DNA of 63,999 nucleotides, filler included, from Perkinsus olseni (taxonomy: Eukaryota): assembly GCA_013115125.1 (NCBI GenBank). It is 5 parts of 5 records of this genome, joined end to end, with 100 filler letters (N's around TTAATTAATTAA, not from the genome) between each part and the next. Parts side by side here need not be neighbours in the genome. Positions count along the whole stretch, not along the records: positions 52,479 to 63,999 come from JABANN010000827.1; 4 more parts are not named here. One strand, 5' to 3'. Within the stretch, counting starts at the first letter, position 1, and every line of letters starts with the position of its first letter. The notes beneath the pieces are model-generated. The model ran no database searches. It was not told where the DNA came from and saw only the letters and a list, made by a program, of their open reading frames with translations. Shown here piece after piece: positions 58,514-63,999 of this stretch. Made by a program: the position numbers and the translations under genes.

Positions 58514-61178
58514 TTACCCGTCCTGGGAGTTATTCCCGACGAATTTGGCCTTGAACCTCGGCAGCTGATAGGAAGCTCCAGGAGGAGGAGGAGGGTACAT
58601 AATATGGACAAAACTGAGAAATGCCGAGAGCCGGGATCGAACCAACGCCCTTTGAGACTACACAACAGCAGAGCTTTCCTAGAGACAATCGTACATGGTG
58701 ATGGCGAATGACAAGACCATCATCGCCGAGTGACATGCCGCCTCCCCAATACAGCACTACTGGAAGGGGACTGCCGTGCAGGACCCGAGACTAAAATAGA
58801 CGGAACGATCCCGAGGGCATGAGGGAAGGGCAGTTATACCAAGGTTGAAGGCCTTCACAGTTCCTTCGAGGGAATCAATCTTACGGCCTAGTGAATCTAC
58901 TTTCTTGCTCGAGTTTTCCACCAGCATCGACAACTGCACTATGTCTCGATGACCCATTTGGCTGTTACCTATCAACAGCAGCAGCGTCGGCAGACGATAC
59001 GGACGTTTCACAGAAGTCTTGGGGCAGATGCGTCCGAAGCGCAGCTTTATACACGACCATTGAGTATTCATACATCAGCCACAGATGCCCGTGCCATAGA
59101 AGAATAAACGACACTGCGTAGGTGATGGGGGGAATGTTTACTAACGAGCTGCATGCAGGAGGCGAGGAACTCAGTGAGTTTGATCTCTCCCGTGCCATCA
59201 GGGTCCATCAATCTGAACAGCTGCTCAGCATCCTTCATCGGAATCCCGAGAGTCTCGAACTTCTCTTGGACCTAGTCACAGCGCTGTGCCCTCATGCAGG
59301 TCACCGTCGTAGTCATCGCCCCACTTCCCGCATCTTCCACGCAGCTCGGAACTCGGCCTGGCTGAGCGTTCCCGACTGGTCAACATCAGAGAGCTCGAAG
59401 ATTCTCCTCAACGAGTTCGCAGCGGACTTCTTCTCCTCTTCCTTTTCTTGCTCGACCTGTTCTTGGGTACCTAGTCATCTTGCAATCTCGAACTTCCTTA
59501 ACGCTGCCCGTTCATCGTGATAACCAGCTTTACGTGTTGCAGTGCCCAGAGTGTTCTCCACAATAACCCCAACAACAATATTAAGTAGTCCATAGGTAGT
59601 TGACAGGATAAGCAGAATGAATAGGAAGCCCATCAGTGGCTGCTGATGGATCACCTGAGCACGCCGCCTCAGCCATCTCCAGTCGGGCTCGATTTTGAAC
59701 TCGAGCACGGTGCTCCGTGGCTCAAGTGTTGGGGTTGGATGAAAAAAAACGAAAATTCAGAGACCGCCAATCATCGGCAGTTGTAATCGAAGCCCTTTCT
59801 TCAATCCCCTCATCCCGCCGTTGCTGTTAGTCCCACATGCCTCACTATACCGTCCGCCCAGTTATCCAGTGTAATGACTTGCCACAGCGTCAGCATCGAC
59901 CTCGGCACAGTACCGAAGTAGGTTGAATACGCCCATTCCGTGCCTGCAGGCTGCATAGGAATGGTGGTAGTGATGGTGATGGTAGTACCATCATAAGAGA
60001 GGGCTCCGAGGTAAGCTTCATGGTTGTGGCCGACCTGCATGGTTAGGAATATGGCGCAGACGTAGATGAGGCATACCAAAAACACGGCTACCCAGGCGAG
60101 AGTGCGTACCTTCCGAGGAGGGGCTGGTCTCGTGGCCAGGAAGGGTCTTACACTGTGGACCAGCCCTTCAACGATGAGCCACAGCTCTTTGAACATCCTC
60201 AATAATCGTACGAAACGAACAAGCCTTAGCATCCGAACGACGCGTAGGGCGGTCTGATGATGATGATGATGATAAGTTATTGAGATGATGCTGGCATGAC
60301 CCTTACCAGCGCCCGGACGTCGGACGCAGCACACTCGCTGACTAGGGGCAGTATCCAGGTATCAACCACAGCCAGCCAGACCTGGGATGGGACCACCCGG
60401 ACAGAGGGGAGATGATTATGATGATGATGATGATGACCAGTGCGAAGTCCATGAGGTTCCACCCATCCATAAAGTAGGATAGTCGGTGAGTTTTTAGGCG
60501 TAATATCATTTCGAGTAGGAAGACCACTGTGAATATATTCTCACTGATAAACCAGAAGAGCCGTTCCTGAAAGATAACAGGGTCGTAGGAGTCCACTGCT
60601 GCCGTCGTGAGGTAAACCTTCGAGAAGGGCATGCCCCGATAGGGGCTGGCAGGGCAGCGATAAGCAACAAAGGGAGAGCAAGAGCAGCTGCAGCCCCAAG
60701 GAGGGGGGAGGTCTTCGACAGAGAATATTAAGGCTTCGTGGTTTGGGAACAATGATCCAACCAGGGTAGTGCATCGTCACAGTGCATATGTTAATAGCAT
60801 GACTGCCTTTTAACCGATCGCCCAGTCAACTAGACTCTTCATCCTAATTTTCACGACGATCGATACACAACCCATAGATATTATTACATTAAGACAACCC
60901 TCTTTATATCAAACTACATAAAACAGTGAATATTTATACCTATTCATGTTATATCATTTCCTGGTAATAGCTGATAAAATAATAATACGAAAATATAAGT
61001 AATACAAACCTATTTTATTACTTAAGATGAATATTCACCAATTTGTAATTTTCCAGACCGATCTCAGCTGGGAGTGCCGATCGACTGCTCACCTTGATCT
61101 CTTCTGCGGGGCTCTTGCACTGAACACCATTGTTGGCGGTGGCATCTTCAAGGAGTTGCTCTGATGAGCATGGGCATT

Positions 61179-61212
<34 letters not shown>

Positions 61213-61884
61213 CGACCCTACCCGACATGATATTCCTACCCGTCGGGCTAGCATCAGCCTCGAGGCCTATGAAGAGCATGTTGAGTATCTATCAAAAACA
61301 CTCACGAAGACCACGAAGGAAAGGTAACGATCCATTTACACCCGACCGACGCAGCGAGTCCAGGAATCCAGTACAGCCTTCCCGAGAGGCTACTGTCCCG
61401 TACGGCGAGTGGCAGAATGGCTGATGGTCACGAGGGAAGTCCTTGTGATGCTTCGATAACGCGGCGGCGACCGCGGCTTGGTCCGATGGCACCAACCTTA
61501 AACTTGTTTATGCTGTTGAATTGCTGATCATTGCCAAAGTACTGTATGTAACAATGAGGCAAACAAACCTCATCATGCAAGAACGAGACCTCGTCTTGAG
61601 GAGGACTTCTTCACATTCATTACTACAGACTGTCTTACAGGCGTAGGGGGAGACGAGTAGATCTCGAAGTGGCGGAATTCACGACGGCAGATGCGTCCGA
61701 GTAGCCAGTGAGATGTCGAGCCTTCCAACGCCGCTCTACGCTGGATTGGCAGTAAACCCGGTACGATGATCCCGATAGGAAGGTACCTCTTCCCCAGCCC
61801 TCAGCCTACAATAAAAAGTCCTATAACCGCGTTGAACTTGACAGTATCGACGAACGGCGTTCTAGTAGGCTCATCTGAGGCCAT
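58514..61884 (-). CDS. Single-domain (6TM) voltage-gated cation channel with two C-terminal EF-hands
   Basis: S1 FNAVIGLFI/ILNMLFIGLE; S2 ENIFTVVFLLEMILR; S3 WNLMDF; S4 LRVVRMLRLVRFVR; pore TLWQVITLDNWADGIVR; S6 LLNIVVGVIVEN; EF loops DVDQSGTLSQAEF and DPDGTGEIKLTEF. Confidence 0.88.
61178..61212. repeat. (ATC)n microsatellite in a channel intron (similar tracts near 60255 and 60411)
   Basis: Direct sequence. Confidence 0.9.
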
Positions 61885-62318
61885 TTATCAGCGATACGGG
61901 AGAGCTCCTGCTGCTGCTGCTGCACTACCAATAATATCACCATCATCCTCATCGATCATAGAATAGACTTTGGACGCTCCTGCTGTCATCGTAGCTGGCT
62001 GCTTATTCAAGACAAAACTACACTAACGCACCCGATAATGAGCGTCGATGGACTACCAGTGATCACCCTAAACCCGACAAGAGTGATACTGATAGGAGCT
62101 CGATCTGTATGAATACAGAAGGAACAAATACTAATAGCGGTTAAGGACAAGTCGATCGAGCTGCTACCCCTGACCCACCTGAGTATCACCAACTTGAACA
62201 CAACAATAGCTGCAATAACAATAACATCATCTTCAGCACCATCATGGAATTAATTTCCTTCTCACATAACAAATTTAGATCATTTTCAAGTAATTAAATT
62301 GATTATTCATTTTAATCA

Positions 62319-63425
62319 TTATTTTTTACCATTATTCTTGTTGCTGTTCTTGGCAGCTTCTTTTCTAGCCTTTCTCTCAGCCTTCTTAGCAGCCCTCTTC
62401 ATCTGCCTTTTACTCGTCGGGTCGGCTTGCTGTCGTCCACTCGTCTCCATCTTCGCCCTTTTCTCCTCTTCCCTAGTCGGTTGGGGCTCCCCAGGAGTTC
62501 TGTTCCCCTTCTCTCCCTGTACCTTTGCCTTAGTAGCTGTAACCTTCTGAGCTCTCCTAGCTGCCTTCTTCATCTGTCTCTTACTCGTTGGATCGGGCTG
62601 CTGCTGCTGCTGCTGCTGTTGTTGTCCCTTCTTGCCCTTGTTGGTCCTCTTGCCGACATCATTCCCCTCGTCAGCACCACCACCCTGTTGTCCTCCTGCC
62701 ACTCTCCTCTCCCCTCTGGACTTCACCTTCGTCTCTGGTAGTTTATCCCTAGCACGATCGAACGTCCCAGCCACCTTCCCCTCCTCTCCCTCCGAGGAAC
62801 CACCGCCAATATTAGCCGATCTATCGAAGGGTCCAGCCTCCTCGGACTCCCTTCCTTGCGTATCGGGCACAACACTGCCCTCAGAAATCCTATCAGCTGA
62901 CTTATCGAAGGGTCCGGGCATCTCCCGGGCGACTTCTTCATCTCCTTCCTTCCTCTGTTCTACAGCACCCCCATCAACATCATCGGCACCTTCTCGGCCC
63001 TCACTTAACGCCTCTCTACCTCTGGCTACCTCCTTATTCTCATAACCGCGTCGAGTGAGCCCACCGTCACCATCGGGCTGGGCATATCCTTGTTTCCTTT
63101 TGTTATTGCCATACTCACTCGAGCCCTTATGCTGAGCCTCTGCCTTCCAGTCATCCCCTCGGTCAACTATATGGCCATCATCATCACATTCAGTACACCT
63201 GGTTAAGAGGTGAGTGTGCTTGACGTAGAACTCAGCCTTGGTGATGCAGCACGCCTTCTCGTCCAGATGCTTAGCCTTCCAATCGCTGAGCAAGACCAAA
63301 TCTTCGACATCGATAATGACGGTAGCATCATTACATCTTAGAGCTATAGACAAGGGAATCATCCGCGCCCCTGAGACTTGCCGTCCCATGAGGGTCCGTG
63401 CACCCCTTGCCTCCACACAGCTCAT
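62319..63425 (-). CDS. Hypothetical low-complexity protein with short internal repeats
   Basis: 368-aa ORF; (A/P)G(P/T)FD(R/K) x3, DPTSKRQMK x2, polyQ, Lys-rich tail. Confidence 0.5.
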   Translation of the reverse strand: MSCVEARGARTLMGRQVSGARMIPLSIALRCNDATVIIDVEDLVLLSDWKAKHLDEKACCITKAEFYVKHTHLLTRCTECDDDGHIVDRGDDWKAEAQHKGSSEYGNNKRKQGYAQPDGDGGLTRRGYENKEVARGREALSEGREGADDVDGGAVEQRKEGDEEVAREMPGPFDKSADRISEGSVVPDTQGRESEEAGPFDRSANIGGGSSEGEEGKVAGTFDRARDKLPETKVKSRGERRVAGGQQGGGADEGNDVGKRTNKGKKGQQQQQQQQQPDPTSKRQMKKAARRAQKVTATKAKVQGEKGNRTPGEPQPTREEEKRAKMETSGRQQADPTSKRQMKRAAKKAERKARKEAAKNSNKNNGKK

Positions 63426-63928
63426 CTTCTAATAGCCACTCACCAGCATCAGGGTCCGAATGAGCGCTGTCCATCTGGGTGATGAGGCTCGACCTGCCCC
63501 AGGTTACATTTTCAGCATCGCCACCGTGATGACTGAGGTACTACTGTAAGTGTTTGGCCTGCTCTTTCAAGGTCTTCCTCTGATGATTCTTGAAGCGTCC
63601 AGTGGTGAAGGCTGGGATATCCTTACTGAGATGAGCGATACCATGACGACAGAGGCATCCAAAGGTGAAGCTTACACAGCAGGGTCATCTGGCTCGGGGA
63701 CGTCGGTTGGCATGAACCTGATGGGGTGAGGACGGTAGTGCTGGTAGGGATAATGACGCGTCATACAGGTGATCGTCTTGTCCAACATCATCTTCATCGG
63801 CACTTCCCCTCCTACTGCCAAGCCCATCACTACTGCTGTACCGCGGCGACCTTTATGATACCACCATAGACAACTTTCGATACGTCTGAGAGAATCACCT
63901 TTCGTTGGTTGGTCGACCTTCTCCTGGC

Positions 63929-63998
<70 letters not shown>

Positions 63999-63999
63999 G
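63929..63999. repeat. (GTT)n microsatellite
   Basis: Uninterrupted run to the window end. Confidence 0.97.

Overview
Eukaryotic, intron-rich (short GT-AG introns) sequence. Gene content and style suggest a Perkinsus-like alveolate; this is inference only. The window is five contigs joined by artificial 100-nt linkers (N44-TTAATTAATTAA-N44). The three complete contigs are 13044, 13042 and 12899 nt, so they look size-sorted and are probably not neighbours. Contig 1: two UNC-93-like MFS genes (one frameshifted), a helical-repeat protein, two cytochrome b5-domain genes, a BART-domain gene, a G-patch gene and cyclophilin H. Contig 2: SLC19 transporter, glutaredoxin-like gene, tRNA-Val(TAC), mitochondrial carrier and SEC11. 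Contig 3: NOL6/Utp22, two LicD-family paralogues and a truncated secreted protein with an N-terminal His (LPMO-like). Contig 4: two RpiB genes, an FkbM-like methyltransferase, an aspartic protease and an LTR-retrotransposon end inserted in a second protease gene. Contig 5: a secreted 787-aa protein, a PX-domain protein and a single-domain voltage-gated channel with EF-hands. The most striking unexplained signal is that eight predicted NOL6 introns, plus one channel intron, each carry a ~31-nt tRNA 3'-end mimic (variable loop, T-arm/B-box, acceptor strand, often a T-run) without a tRNA 5' half. Exon boundaries were read by eye.
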